DNA from: Gekko japonicus
Lineage: Eukaryota
Direction: 5' to 3'
DNA: 64,000 nucleotides
NCBI RefSeq assembly: GCF_001447785.1
Contig: NW_015176007.1
Span: 361,088 to 425,087, forward strand
Positions 26,401-56,869 of the stretch are shown one piece after another. How positions within the stretch are numbered: the first letter of the stretch is position 1; every line of letters begins with the position of its first letter. The position numbers were made by a program, and so were the translations under genes. The notes under the pieces are model-generated. The model ran no database searches, was not told the origin of the DNA, and saw only the letters and a program-made list of their open reading frames with translations.

Positions 26401-27382
26401 TGAAGGACAGGTAGGGAACAGAGCTACGGGAGGGCCCATCCTACTTGCAGGTAGGCAGAAGCTAGAGAAATTATTGCTGACAAGAACCTCACCAATATGA
26501 AAATAGCATGTCTGATTCTTTGAGAGAGGGCACCTTCCACCACTGGAACAATATCTCAGTTTCCTGGGCTAAAAGCTAAAACTTATGGCTAAAAGCTAAA
26601 GGAATGACCCAAACTTGCATAATTTGTGCAGGTTGTGGAACGTGGCTCTTGGTGCAGAATCCAGATTCTTCTACCCACTCAGAGTACAGCCTGGCTTTAA
26701 CGTGCTGTCCTGTTGCCCTTAGGCTTGCCTGGAAGCTCCCCTTTCAGGAAAGCCAAGTCTTTATTGGTTTTTGTATTACCGCTTTCTCACTTTGCATCAC
26801 CAAATCTACAGCCATTCCTTAGTGAGTCCTCAGGTCTTCTGTGGCTACATATTGTCTGTTCTGGGGTATATGTGTGTGGGTGTACGTAATTAAGAATAGA
26901 AAAATTATTATTTTAATGCTGTTCGTGAACATTGCTGATTCCTCCTCCCTGTGTCTTAACAGGGGGAAACGGGAGCCTTCCCCACACTTCTCCTCTCTTT
27001 AGAGAACTATGTGAAATAGCAATCCAGGAATGGTTTGACAACTTGCTGTTGCTGTAGATGAAGGCCAGAACTTACAACCACCCAACCTCACGTGTAGATG
27101 CTACACACTGCTGTATTTGCTCCTGTGTAGTGAGAGGAGCCGGATGCCTGTCCTGAGACCACCCTGTCCCCTTGTCCTTATGCAGAAAAGGCAAATTACT
27201 GAAGCATGGGTGGTGTGTTACCCGGTGCACCGTATGTAAGCAGAAAAATCCATCCCTTTGTAAATGTGCAGGAGATTTTAAGTGTACTTTGCCTTTTAAA
27301 GAGGTAGGAAAAGGTAACTTTTAAAACAAAACAAAACCCCACCTGTGTTAGAAAGTAAAACCACAAAATTCTGTTCCACTTT

Positions 27383-27388
27383 AATAAA
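27383..27388 (+). terminator. candidate distal polyadenylation signal of MAN1B1
   Basis: AATAAA followed by GU/U-rich sequence, shortly before the DPP7 3' end region. Proximal candidates also occur near 23915 and 25499. Confidence 0.4.
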
Positions 27389-27909
27389 CTCGTAATTTAT
27401 TTTGAGAAGCTGTGTCTGCTGTATGATTTACTATGTGTAGGTTGTGCTCAAGAAGGGCATGTCAAGAGGGGCTTTGCTTGCATTTGGGGGCTTGCCCCTC
27501 AACACTGGAATTGTATTTCCCCAAAGGCTTATCAAAGCCTGGAAGCAGATCCTTTTATTCCAACAAACTTTTGGCAACCCCAAGACAGGGGTAGAAGAAC
27601 GGGCGTTACTATTTCCCTCCCTGAGCTTCTCTGTAAGATTAGTTTAATCATAATTAATTTCAACAAGGTATGTGCAAGACTGGTTAAACTGGTCTCTGCA
27701 CATTACACTACTGCAAAGTACTGACGAGAGAGGCTGAATCCCTCAGCTGGTCATTAAAAGCCAGCAATTGCGGTAGCCCTGATTCCTCCCCCTCCCCCAA
27801 CCAAATAGACATGAAAGACAGACTGGCTACAAGAAAGTCTGTGTTATCTTCTCCAATGTCCAGGAAATGCACACAAAGGAAAACTGAGTGCCTGAGGAAT
27901 CTGGACAGT

Positions 27910-27915
27910 TTTATT
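27910..27915 (-). terminator. candidate polyadenylation signal of DPP7
   Basis: First AATAAA on the minus strand, about 145 nt after the DPP7 stop codon. Confidence 0.5.
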
Positions 27916-28059
27916 CTTGCTGACACAAGCATGAAGTGTCACTGCCTCAGAAGGATACGTCATGAATGCTCATTTCCTTAGCAAAGGACTTTTTAAAATG
28001 GCTTTAGCCTCAGAACATTGCCTTGATTACTCCAGATAAAAAGTGGTTGGCTGGTTCTT

Positions 28060-45987
<17,928 letters not shown>

Positions 45988-47435
45988 GGCAACCGCCGGC
46001 GGAGTACGAGGGGCTCCTTTTCGGGGGACTGGTCATGCGCGCCGCACCGGCTGAGAAAGGAGAGTCACATGCATGACAGCTGACGGAGACGTCACCGCGT
46101 AATTCCGTTCCGGGGAGGGGCTAATGAGGGCGCCGTAGTTACCGAGGCGCTGCCATCTTGAATTATGCGGGAAAGGTCGTGTAGCCAGATTGGCGGATGC
46201 GCTCGTCTCCCAGCCTCCCCATGAAAAGAACCGTGCCGCCGGGGTTCAAGCCTTTTGGCCTGCTTTCAAAGCACGCCGTGTGACCCCTGGCCAGTAGCAC
46301 TTTGCTCGTGCTCAGAAACAACCATTCGCAAATCTCAGATGCGTGCCGTAGTTCAGGGGGAGAGAAAGTACGGAAGTGGCCCTTTATTGTTTACTCACAC
46401 ATTTCTGAGCGGGTGCAAATGTGTGTGTGTGTGTGTTTTTTAAACACAAACAGGTTCCCGCTCAAACTGAAGAAGAATTCACGTGAGATAGCCTCTTAAT
46501 CCCTTCCCCTCCTGCAACTAAGCCTGAACGCCTATAATGGCGACAAATAGGGTTTCTCGCTGTTTATCCTGCCCTCCCCTCCTTTCGTTGTCTCTCTTGC
46601 GCTAAATTTTAGCCTGTAAACTCGTCAGGGGAAAGACCTTGTAAAGCACCATGCCCATTGATGGTACTTAATAATAACAGTGAAAAGCCTTGGAAAAGTC
46701 CAAGTCCGGTGCTTCCCTTTCTTCTCTTTTCCCCCTCTGCTGCTAAGGTTTTGAGGTTAGAACACCAAAACAAAGTTATGCTGTGCAGGCTGTGGTGCTT
46801 GTGTTCACAGGCATCTTCTTGCTTAGTTGAGCAAATATTTCAGGGATCACTGCTGGAGTTCAGAAAGGGCTCTGGGATTGGCCATGGTCTGGGCAAATCC
46901 CTTTCAAAGAGGGCTTTAGGAGGGATGATGTTGGTGTAAAACAGACTTCAGAATTCTTCCCAAATCTTTCTCTTTTTTACCAGCCACTCCAGTGCCATCT
47001 AATCCCTCCTCTATCACTATTTTCTGTTCTGTCTTTGTCTCTCCTCTTCCCCCCCCCCCTCTTTTCTGGGGTTTATTGTTACCAGTCTCTTCTCTCAGTG
47101 GACAGCACCTTGCACAGGATTAAACAGCTGAAACTGAACCAAGGGCTGGTGGGTAGTCAGTCCCCCTGTATTGCTAACCACACAATCCTAAAAACACTCT
47201 CCTGGGAGTACACCCTGTTGAATATTGATTTCATTTATATACTGCCTTTCTCCCCAGTGGGGGACAAAAAGCAGCTTACTGTACAGTTCTGTTCATTCCA
47301 CCTCAAAATCTATATTGTAGAGCTAGAAAAGGTACAGAAAAGAGCAAGGGTCAAGTGGGTGGAGGTGCAGCATCTTCAGTATGAAGCAAGGCTTAGCAGT
47401 CGGAGGACTTTTTAGTTTGAAGAAAAGACAACTAT

Positions 47436-48150
47436 GGCTGCGGTCACACGGAGCATTCGCTGCGCTGACGATACGGATGGTAGGCGGATTTTCCGGGCGC
47501 GATCACTCACACCGCAACATCTGGGAAGCGTAGAGCTCCCGTGGCTAACCCGAGGCTTCCCGCCAAAGATGCGGAGTTAAAAACCGCGGGGCAAGGGCGG
47601 GCGCCTGATCGCGTTTCCGCTGGAATCCTGTGGCATCCGGCGCCCGCCGATGTTCGTTGCAAACAAGGGTGTTTTTTTCTCTCCCAAGTCTCCAAAAGCG
47701 CCCAACAGCACATGCGCACAAAGAGCGGTCGCTAGTGTGATCGCACCGCGCGGCTTCTTTGAGTTCGAGAGAGGGCCACGGGAGGCTGCGATGGGGGTGA
47801 GCGGCAGAGGCCAGGCTGAGAGCGGGCCACGTGTCCCAGGGAGGGAGGGCTGCTGGCAGGGAGGGGGGGATCTGGCGGGTTAATCTCCCCCTCCCCTCCT
47901 TGCAAGCAGAACACGGACTCCACCCGGAGTGGGCCGCGCGAGACCCTCCCAGAGGCCGCGGCTCTTTCCTTTCCCTTTCTCATCAGCCTGGCTGCTCTCA
48001 GTGGAGGTGCAGGATACTCGTGTGATCGGCATCTCCCCCCTGACCACAGGACCTCGACCGGGACGTGTGATCGGGCGGCCGCGCGTTATTTTCCTCTGGG
48101 GCAAACAGTTACACTTCCCCCTGCATTTTCCAGCCCGTGTGACCACCGCC
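47436..48150. mobile_element. non-autonomous DNA transposon (PIF/Harbinger-like), copy 1
   Basis: TIR GGCTGCGGTCACACGG...CCGTGTGACCACCGCC; 3-bp TAT on both flanks; CpG-rich; adjoins a CR1 fragment at about 47310-47432. Confidence 0.75.
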
Positions 48151-49096
48151 TATAGCCATTTGCTATATTAGATTTATTTGTTTATATGCTGCTTTTCTTC
48201 CCAATGGGGACTGAAAGTGGCTTACAAATTCCCCCTTTCTCCATTTTATCCTCATAACCATGCTGTGAGGCAAGTTAGGCTGAAAGTGTGTGACTGGCCC
48301 TAGGTCATCCAGCAAGCTTCCATGGCAGAATGGGGATTCAGACTTGGGTCTCCCAGATCCTATTCTAACACTTTAAGCAGTACACCTAAGTAGGATTATG
48401 AGTAATCCTTCTTAGGGCTGCTCTCTAAGGAGGCAATCCTAAATAGGTCTTCTTGGAAGTAAGCCCCATTTTTTTCAATGGGGCTTACTTCCCGGAAAAT
48501 GTTCTTAGAACTGCATCCTAAATGGTCTTTCTGCACCCTTTATAGGGTTCTGCCGAAGGTGTTTTGTATGCCAATAATTTTAAAGGGAACCTCATGATCC
48601 AACAGTTATACACAGCATTTTCTGATTGTAGGATGTTCCCCTTCGAATCATATGCTGCTGCTGCACATGTCTCAAATGAGTTGCTCACTAAATAAACATA
48701 AATGTGCAGTGAGGCGAGTGGTTAATGTCTCTCCAAACACCCTCCAGTAATTATTTTAAGGAGATGGCTTGATTTCTGTAATGCACTTGGAAAGTCAATA
48801 TTTTTTCCCATGTGTTCTTGAAAACACGGATAACCAGGGGCTATTCCATTAAACTGAGTTGAGTCTCCACTTTGAGGTCTAAAAATAGCTCTTTGTAATC
48901 AGTTCAGGGGCAAGTTCTGTCTGTAAATCATATTCTTGTGCAAAGAATAAAGGGCCAGTTTCATGGTCATGGTGGGTAATATTCAGTGATCAAGAGCCCC
49001 TCCCTTAAGGGATAACATTAGGAGACCTGTCCTGAACACCAGCAATATGGAACAAGTTGGAAGCCACCACAGAGATTTTTGGGTTTGTTTCTTTAT

Positions 49097-49302
49097 TTTG
49101 CCGTCAAGTCACAGCTGACTTATGGTGCCCCCATTGGGGTTTCAAGGCAAGAGATGTCCAGAGGTGGTTTGCCATTGCCTGCCTCTGTTGCATGACCCTG
49201 CATTTCTTGGTGGTCTTCCATCCAAATATTCACCAGGGCTGAACCTGCTTAGCTTCCGAGATCTGATGAGATTGAGCTAGCCTGTGCTATCCAGGTGAGG
49301 GC
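49097..49302 (-). mobile_element. 5S rRNA-derived SINE (SINE3)
   Basis: CCTGCTTAGCTTCCGAGATCTGA...GCTATCCAGGT is shared with 9870-10070. Confidence 0.78.
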
Positions 49303-49391
49303 ACCTCACAGTTATCAGCATTTAAAGTTATCAACATTTAAAAACTCTGTGTCTGGAGAGATGGACACTGTTCTGCTGCCTTTCATAAGGA

Positions 49392-49613
49392 ATAGCAACA
49401 AACACACAGGGAACACGGCAAAGTTAGACAAACATAAAGAAACACCGTGTTAGAACAAAACACACTCCACTAATATGCACTTGTGTCTTCATATATTGAT
49501 TTACATACAATAGAGACCCTAGTATATCTTATACACATTCATTATAGTACAAAAACCTAAAGTACATTAGTTGATATATAATGTTTTGTTCTAACACGGT
49601 GTTTCTTTATGTT
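49392..49613. mobile_element. short insertion with 15-bp flanking duplication and 34-bp internal inverted repeat
   Basis: TGCCTTTCATAAGGA at 49377-49391 and 49614-49628; perfect inverted repeat 49429-49462 / 49582-49615. Confidence 0.7.
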
Positions 49614-49949
49614 TGCCTTTCATAAGGAGGCAACCACCATGTTAGGTGTAAGCAGAGTCCTTTTTCTTCTGTTTTGGGTTCGAAGGGTTTCAGAACAAAA
49701 TGAAGCTGTGACTTTCGGGCATGGTGAGTCTTTGCATCTCAGTTTAGGAATTAAACACCTTATCCATTCCTCCGTATTCCAGAGGCTGAGGCTTTTAGAG
49801 GTAGTAGGGCTGCCAACTGCAAAGCTTCTGTGCCTTTAGCGTGACAGCAGGGAAGAAAAAAAGCAACGAAGCAAACAGTAGGACCAACATGACTATTATA
49901 GTTTCAGGTGGGTTGCAATAGTAGAACAAAATTCCAGTCCAGTAGCTCT

Positions 49950-50041
49950 AGTAAAGGTAAAGGTTCCCTTGCTCGAAAGCCAGTCGAGTCCGACTCTAGG
50001 GTTGCGGTGCTCATCTCCGTTTCAAAGCCGAAGAGCCAGCG
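49950..50041 (-). mobile_element. 5'-truncated Sauria SINE
   Basis: Reverse complement of the 3' end of the 34830-35140 copy, including the ACCTTT tail. Confidence 0.8.
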
Positions 50042-50477
50042 AAATTTTAAAGACTTGCAAAATCTTTGTGGGTCAAAGCTCACTTTTTCAGATAACCAGC
50101 TGTCACAGTGTTATGCTACTAGTGTTTTTTTATTTGTTCTTCTGGATTAACGTGATTGTCTACAATTTTTAGCATGAGAAATTGTCCCCGTCATTAAGAA
50201 GAACTGCTTAAGAACATGAGCCTTGCTGGATCAGACCCATGGTCCCTCTAGTCCAGCACCCTGTCTCACATAGTGGCCAATTAGTTATTCTGGAGGGCCA
50301 AGAACGGGGCATACAGCCCAAGGCATTTACCCCAATGTTGCCTCTTAGCACTGGTATTCAGAGGTTTACGTCCTCTGAATGTGGAAGTTCCCTTTAGTCA
50401 CAGTAGCTAGTAGCCACTGGTAGATGTAAGCTCCATGAATTTGTTTTATCCCCTTTAAAAGCCATCTGTGCCAATGC

Positions 50478-50730
50478 CTGTGGTCTGTGCGTACTCTAAC
50501 CTGGGAGAACCGGGTTTGATTCCCCACTCCTCCACTTGCAGCTGCTGGATGACCTCAGGCAAGCCATAGTTCTGACAAGAGCTGTCCTTGAAAGGGCAGT
50601 TCTTGAAAGAGCTCTCTCAGCCCCACCTACCTCACAGGGTGTCTGTTGTGGGGAGGGAAAGGAGTTCGTAAGCTGCTCTGAGACTCCAAGTGAAGGGCGG
50701 GGTATAAATCCAATCTCCTCTCTTCTTCTT
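50478..50730 (+). mobile_element. tRNA-headed SINE with L2-like tail (Squam2-like)
   Basis: B-box GGTTTGATTCC; body matches 45345-45610. Confidence 0.7.
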
Positions 50731-50940
50731 CTTTGGCAGTGAATTCCACATTTTAATCTTTTGCAGAGTAAAAAAAAGTACTTTGTCCATTTTGAATCTA
50801 TGGCCCATCAACTTCTTTGGGTGCTCCCAAGTTCAAGTATTTTGGGAGAGGAAGCAATGGTTCTTTGTATCCACTATTTTATCCCATGCATGATTTTATA
50901 AACCTCTATCATAATTGCTCCATCAGTCATCTAAACTGAA

Positions 50941-52593
50941 CGCATGGAATGCGAAACCCCTGACATGGCTCGACAGAATAGCAATAGTGAGATCCTTCAT
51001 ACTCCCGAAGTACCTCTATCTGTTTAGAACAATGCCAATAGGCATTCCGGCACAAATGGTGAAAACGTGGCAAAAAGATCTCAACTCCTTTGTATGGAGC
51101 AAGAAACCAGCAAGGATAACCTATCGCACCATGATAACGCCAAGACGGGATGGAGGTCTGGCGACTCCAGACCTAGAAAGTTATAGAAAGGCAGCAATTT
51201 TGGCATCCACTGTGCGCCATTACCACGATACTGACACCCTAGATTGGAGAAGCATCGAAGAATCCAGCTTCTCAGGAGAGTCCTTACAGGAACTAATGTG
51301 GCACAAGAACTACAAAGTAATCGAGAGCAAATTGAAGAACATTTTTTCAAAAGCAGCCCTCAGAACGTGGTATGAGGTCAAACCTAAATTAATCTCTAAA
51401 AACTCCGTACTTAGTACCTTCACGAGACAATCCTGGTTTAAACCTGCGGAGCAACCACTCACCTTTGAAACTTGGAGAGCTAATAAAATAAACAAAATAC
51501 ATGATGTGGTCTATAACGGGGTAATGAGACTGAAATGTGAGCTAGAGGCAAAGCATCGAACGTCGCTCAACTGGTTTGAATATCTACAGGTGCAGAATTT
51601 GATTTTCTCAACAGAGTTCTATGCGAAGAGTAAAGGGCAACTCACGGGCTTAGAAAAGCTTCTGGAATCACCACCTCCAAAAAAAGGACTTCTAGCAAAA
51701 CTATACAAAATTGTCGTGTCCACTCAAACCCACAAGCAACATAATTACCAAAGAGCTTGGAATGCGGATCTGAGGAACCCATTATCGGAGGATCAGTGGG
51801 AGGAAATTTGGCGAACCCAGAGAACCATGTCAAGTTCTCTCGGATTACAAGAATCGAATTTGAAAATCCTTACTAGGTGGCACTTAACTCCAGCAAAACT
51901 AACTCACATCTACTCATCGACATCACCATACTGCTGGAAGAAATGCGGTCAGAAGGCGGACTTCTATCATAATTGGTGGTCCTGCAAAGTAATACAGAAG
52001 TTTTGGTCGCAAGTATGTAACAGTATCAACAAATTACTAAATACAGACTTACCTTTATCACCGGAGTTGATGCTTCTCCATCTCTGGCCTCAAGTTCGCC
52101 CACCTGAAGACACAAATAAATTAGTCAACCTGTTGATAGTAGCAGCAAAAATAACTATAGCTAAAAACTGGAAAAGCAAAAACGCACCGACTTTAGCTCA
52201 ATGGATTAATAAAATTTGGGATATGTTTATGTTAGAAAACATTTCAATATACGACACGGAAATAAAAACTGAGTGTGAGTTCTATAACCCTTTAAATATT
52301 TGGTATCCTATTTTAGGGAAGATTGTCCTAGACAACTTCGACTGGGAAAGTTTAGTCGAAGCGAAATATAAGATAATGATTTACAACTGATATGGCTGAA
52401 GTTATTACAACTGGCTCCTATAAGAAGGGGAAGGTTAATAGGTATTCATTGTTTAACCACTGTTTGTTACATGTGTTGAATGAATATTGGATATAGTGTA
52501 TTGTCCTCTGAATTGGACGCTTGTTAATGTTACGTATTGTATTTTATGGTTTTGAAAAGTTTTAAATAAAAATATTCAAAATAAAAAAAATAA
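50941..52593 (+). mobile_element. 5'-truncated L1-clade LINE (ORF2 C-terminus, 3'UTR, A-rich tail)
   Basis: Uninterrupted ORF to 52390 with post-RT motifs (ILPKYLYLF, GGLATPDL) and CCHC knuckle CWKKC...HNWWSC. AATAAA and A-rich tail; 12-bp TSD ATCTAAACTGAA (50929-50940/52594-52605). Inserted into an antisense CR1 fragment. Confidence 0.92.
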
Positions 52594-52879
52594 ATCTAAA
52601 CTGAAAAGTCCCAGTCTCTTCAGCCTTTTCTCAAAGGAAAGGTGCTTCTATCCCCTAATCATCTTTGGTTGCTCTGTTCTGTACTTTTACCAGCTCTGCA
52701 ATATCCTTTTTAGATAAGGTAACCTAGGATAGTCTAGGTTGCAGTGTAGGATAGGATAGGCATAGTGGTGGTACATAAACACCTAGTTTCTTTAAATGAA
52801 ATTAAGTCTTCAGGGCCAGATGGATTGCATCTGAGGTCACCAAAGGAACTTGCTGTTCCTGTTAGATAGATTTGTAACT

Positions 52880-53330
52880 GTTTGACAGATCACACCCAAA
52901 GGGTGCTTGTTAATGGTTCCTCATCCTCTTGGAGAAGAGTGACAAGTTGAGTGCCTCAGGGATCTGTCCTTGGCCCTATGTTGTTCAACATCTTTATAAA
53001 TGACTTGGACGATGAAATAGAGGGGATGCTCAAATCTGCAGATAATACTAAATTGGGAGGAGCAAAATACAGTAGAAGATAGAATTGATACAGGATGATC
53101 TTGACAGGCTGGAAAACTGGGCAAAAACAGACAAAATGTTCAACAGAAATAAATGTAAAGTTCTGCATCTAGGCAGGAAAAATCAAATGCATAATTATAG
53201 GATGAGGGAGGCTTGTCTTGGCAGTAGGACATGCTAAAAGGATCTAGGAGTCTTACTAGACCATACACTGAAGATGAGTCAGCAGTGTGCTGCGGTAGCT
53301 AAAAAGGCACATGTGATTTGGGGCTGCCCC
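52880..53330 (+). mobile_element. CR1 LINE reverse transcriptase fragment (degenerate)
   Basis: Translates to [37 protein letters not shown]...ADNTKLGG, with a stop and frameshifts. Confidence 0.88.
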
Positions 53331-54239
53331 ATTTCTCATGTCAAGGAACACCCCACTGCCCCACCTCAGAATGTTCTACTCCACCTTTGGCATATGCAGT
53401 TATTTACACTGACACTGCATACTTTCCTTTCCCCAATTTAAAAGCAAGCAGAGAATTTATGATTTGGATTTCAGGTAAACAGGCAAAATAGAATTGTCCT
53501 GTGAATGTTATCAGCAGTTTGGAATGGGCAACTGTGGTATGTAAAAAGGCAGAGTGAACACTGCTGCTGCCTTAGTATTCTTGCATGCACGCTGACACCA
53601 GTGCTGATGTATCCACTCCCCACTTGGAGACAATTTCTAGAGCTCCCAGGGAGGGAGATGAACTCTGATAACGGACAAAACATCCCCCCTTTCCCTAACC
53701 AACAGAAACAGTGATTTGCCAGGGACTAGAATAAGACAAGAAAGCATGTGGGAAGCAGAGGAAGTTGGATCACTGGAAGCAGGCCTTCTTGGTTGTGGCT
53801 CCAGAGTTTTGGAATTTCCTCTTCAGAAAGGTTCATCTGGAGCCAGATTTGTTTGCTTTTAGGTGCAAGGCTAAGGCACACTCTTATTCTCTCTAGGATT
53901 TGGTTAATCTCCCCTGGGTACAGATATTTTAATCTCTGCTCCAAGTGAGGGTTTTTAACAGATGTTTAGTCCAGGCTTTTTGATTTTTATCAGTTTGGTG
54001 ATGATTCGGAGTTTTCAATGGCTTGTTTGGAGGATTTTGGTTTGTCCGCTTGTCTTTTATCTTGCTTAAAGGCTTTTCTTGTACTCCTTTCAAAAGGCCC
54101 CTCCCCCACATCGCTGCTTCTGTTGTGACTTTTAAACGGTTGTTGTTGTGAGCCAGGGATGTTGCACTGATGGAGCGTTGTATCAATATTTTTAAACAAA
54201 ACCTATAATAACTGTATTAAACTGCTTCTGACTATGGAG

Positions 54240-54800
54240 TGTCTCTGTGGCATTCCCACGGCCAGTGGCCGCAGAGGAAATCTACCAAGGGTCGCTGAAC
54301 CGGCCTCTCACGTCACGCTTCGGCGGGCTTTCCAGCCCTGGGGAGGCGCCAGCTGGCATCACTGCCCCGTCTCCCCGCAGGGGGGCGCTGAGCTTCGGCC
54401 GGGCAAGCTTCGTCGCCTGCTTCTCCGGCTAGCCCTCCAGCCCTGGCATGCCCAAAGGGGACTCGCTGGCTGCAGACAACCGCCCGTAGCGTAGAGCGCA
54501 GCGCGGCGCGCCTCGGCGAACCCTCCGGTGCCGGCAGCGGCTCCTCTTGCGCCTTTACGCACGGCTCGGCTTAGCCAGAAAGAGTTCGGCGGGAGGAAGA
54601 GAAGACGGCGGGCGAGAGTCGCTCCATCCTCCTCCGGGACTCCCGCAGGTGAGTGAGGGCGGCCGGGGCCTCTGTGCACGGGGCTCTCCGAGGGGGCTGG
54701 GAGAAGGGGGAGTAGCGGGGTATAAGCTACACCACCGCCAAGTCCCGGGACCCGTTTTCAGCGTCAGGTCTCTGCCCTGCCGCAACAGGTGAAGAAGTAA
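54240..54800 (+). promoter_or_regulatory. CpG island and probable non-coding first exon (donor CAG|GTGAGT at 54648/54649) of the TESK-like gene
   Basis: Dense CpG island with a consensus splice donor on +; the next coding exon on + at 62279 starts with an acceptor upstream of its ATG. Confidence 0.6.
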
Positions 54801-56216
54801 CCCAAGTGGAATGCCTCTGAGCGTTTATGAAGACGCTCGGAGAGGATGTGGCGATGAGCAAAGTGGTCAGATGCAAAAGGTGGAAGAGCACACCTGTGCC
54901 TTTAAGTGGGGAATAGGAGCAGGTGGTGTGCCAATGACAACCAGCGTCTGCGAAAATTGCCTCTTCTTGCACTTACAGGTTTTCCGCTGGCCTCTGGCTG
55001 TCCTCCCAGTCCCAGTGATGGACTGCTATGTGTTTTCATATTATTTGCCCAGAGGCTTCTCCTTGGGATATTTGGAGCAGGAAAAAGTCCTGGCTTTCTC
55101 CCAAATGAAAGTAAACAAACAGCCTTCTCTGCACCCATTACTTAATACAAGGTGATGGGTGATAGTAGCTAATGCTCCAGCCTTGTAGCAGTATTTCTGG
55201 CAAATAGCCATTGAGATGGGTGCTCATTGTGTTTTCCTTTTTTAGAACTAGACTTTTTAAAGGATTCCTCTCCCCCATAGACAGACACACACATACACAA
55301 ACATCTAGTACAAATGAAACGTGGGCTTTGCCCCTGATCTGTTTTCAGCTCCAAGACTCAGCTGTGGAATGTCATAGTAAAATGTCTCTGGCAATGTGCA
55401 GAGTGGTATTTACAGTGACTTTAGCTGCCCAGGTCCTGTGTTCAGGGGATGTATCCTTTATGACAGGAGGTGTGATGTCCACAAAAGGTGGAACGTGCAC
55501 CTCTCATTTTAGAAATTAAGAATGGCTGTTGGTGGTGATAGGGAAATCCTGTCTTGGGTTGTGTCAACAGGTTGGTGTTTTTGTCTGCGCCTCTCCAGAG
55601 TCTCAAGTTTGGGGTCTTTTCCAAAGATACTTTTAAAAGGAAATGCTGGAGGTTGAATCAGGGGTGTTCTCTGCAAAGCAGCAGGTGCTCCACTGCTGAG
55701 TTGTCCATCTGCCTTGAGCCAAAGAATACACAGATTAAAATGTTGAGTCCTCAGGCATCTCCAGCACTTGATTATATATATAGGAGGTGAAAACAAAGCC
55801 ATCTGGTAAAAAAAGAAGACTGAAATCAAGGTAACCTTTGGAAGTCACTGTCTTTCAGCCTAACCTACCTGACAGGATTGGTGTGAGGACAGAAATGAGG
55901 AAGGGGGAACCTGGTACCCCACAATGTGCTCCTTGTAGCAAGAGGGATAGATAGATTTGTATTGAATGGAAGAGGACTGTCTTCATCATGGACCCAACAG
56001 AGCTGTGCAGATTGCCCTCAATGCAGCCTCCAAGGTCATGATGAGCCCTGCCATTCTCTTTCAGCCCAGATCAGATGTTCGTAACTGTGAGAGTCTGGAA
56101 CATGGGGGGTTCCCAGGGGAAGGGACTTCTGGAACTGTGCAGAAGGAAGTCTGTTCACACGGGCAGAGAGGAAAACATAGCTGGGTAACTATGCCCCCTC
56201 CCATCTGAGCATCTAT

Positions 56217-56728
56217 GGCTGCGGTCACACGAAGCATTAGCCAAGCTACAGAGACAGAAGATAGTCGGATTTTCCAGGCGCGATCAAACCACAACATCTG
56301 GGAAGCGTAGAGCTCCCGTGGCTAACCTGAGGCTTCCTGCCGAAGATGCGGGGTAAAAAACTAGTACCTCTGAGGTACTAGTTTCCGGAAACCACGGGGC
56401 AAGGGCGGGCGTCTGATCACATTTCCGGTGGCAGCTCGGGGCATCCGGCGCCCGCCCATGTCCTGTTGCAAAAAGGTTTTCCCCCCAAGTCTCCACGGGA
56501 TGCGCACAAGCACCCAACGGCACATGCGCACACTTCGGTTAAAAAACAACAACACAACCCCCACCGCACCGCTTCTTTGCCGCGCTGCAGAATTGATGTA
56601 TGATTGGCATCTCCTCCCGAACCACGGGACGTCGGCGGGACGTTTGATCTGGCGGCCACGCGGTAGTTCACTCCGGGCAAACAGCCACGCCTCCCCCCCC
56701 GCGATATCCGGCCCGTGTGACCGGGGCC
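56217..56728. mobile_element. non-autonomous DNA transposon (PIF/Harbinger-like), related copy 2
   Basis: TIR GGCTGCGGTCACACG...CGTGTGACCGGGGCC; first ~300 nt homologous to 47436-47740; flanks TAT/TGT. Confidence 0.72.
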
Positions 56729-56869
56729 TGTCTTAAGGAAGTGTTGTGTTGGAATGATCGGAAAGCTTGCCCCCAGCATCTGGGACCATGACTGGTCCTG
56801 CTGAGCATTGTTCGCCTTGCTCTCCCTGCATTTCTCCTGTCTGTCCTCCAGAAACATGGCCTTAGCAGT

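Noticed and set aside
50915-52390. 491-aa ORF as a host gene
   Set aside because: L1-clade ORF2 C-terminus bounded by a TSD and A-rich tail; the annotated start is a TTG in flanking sequence.
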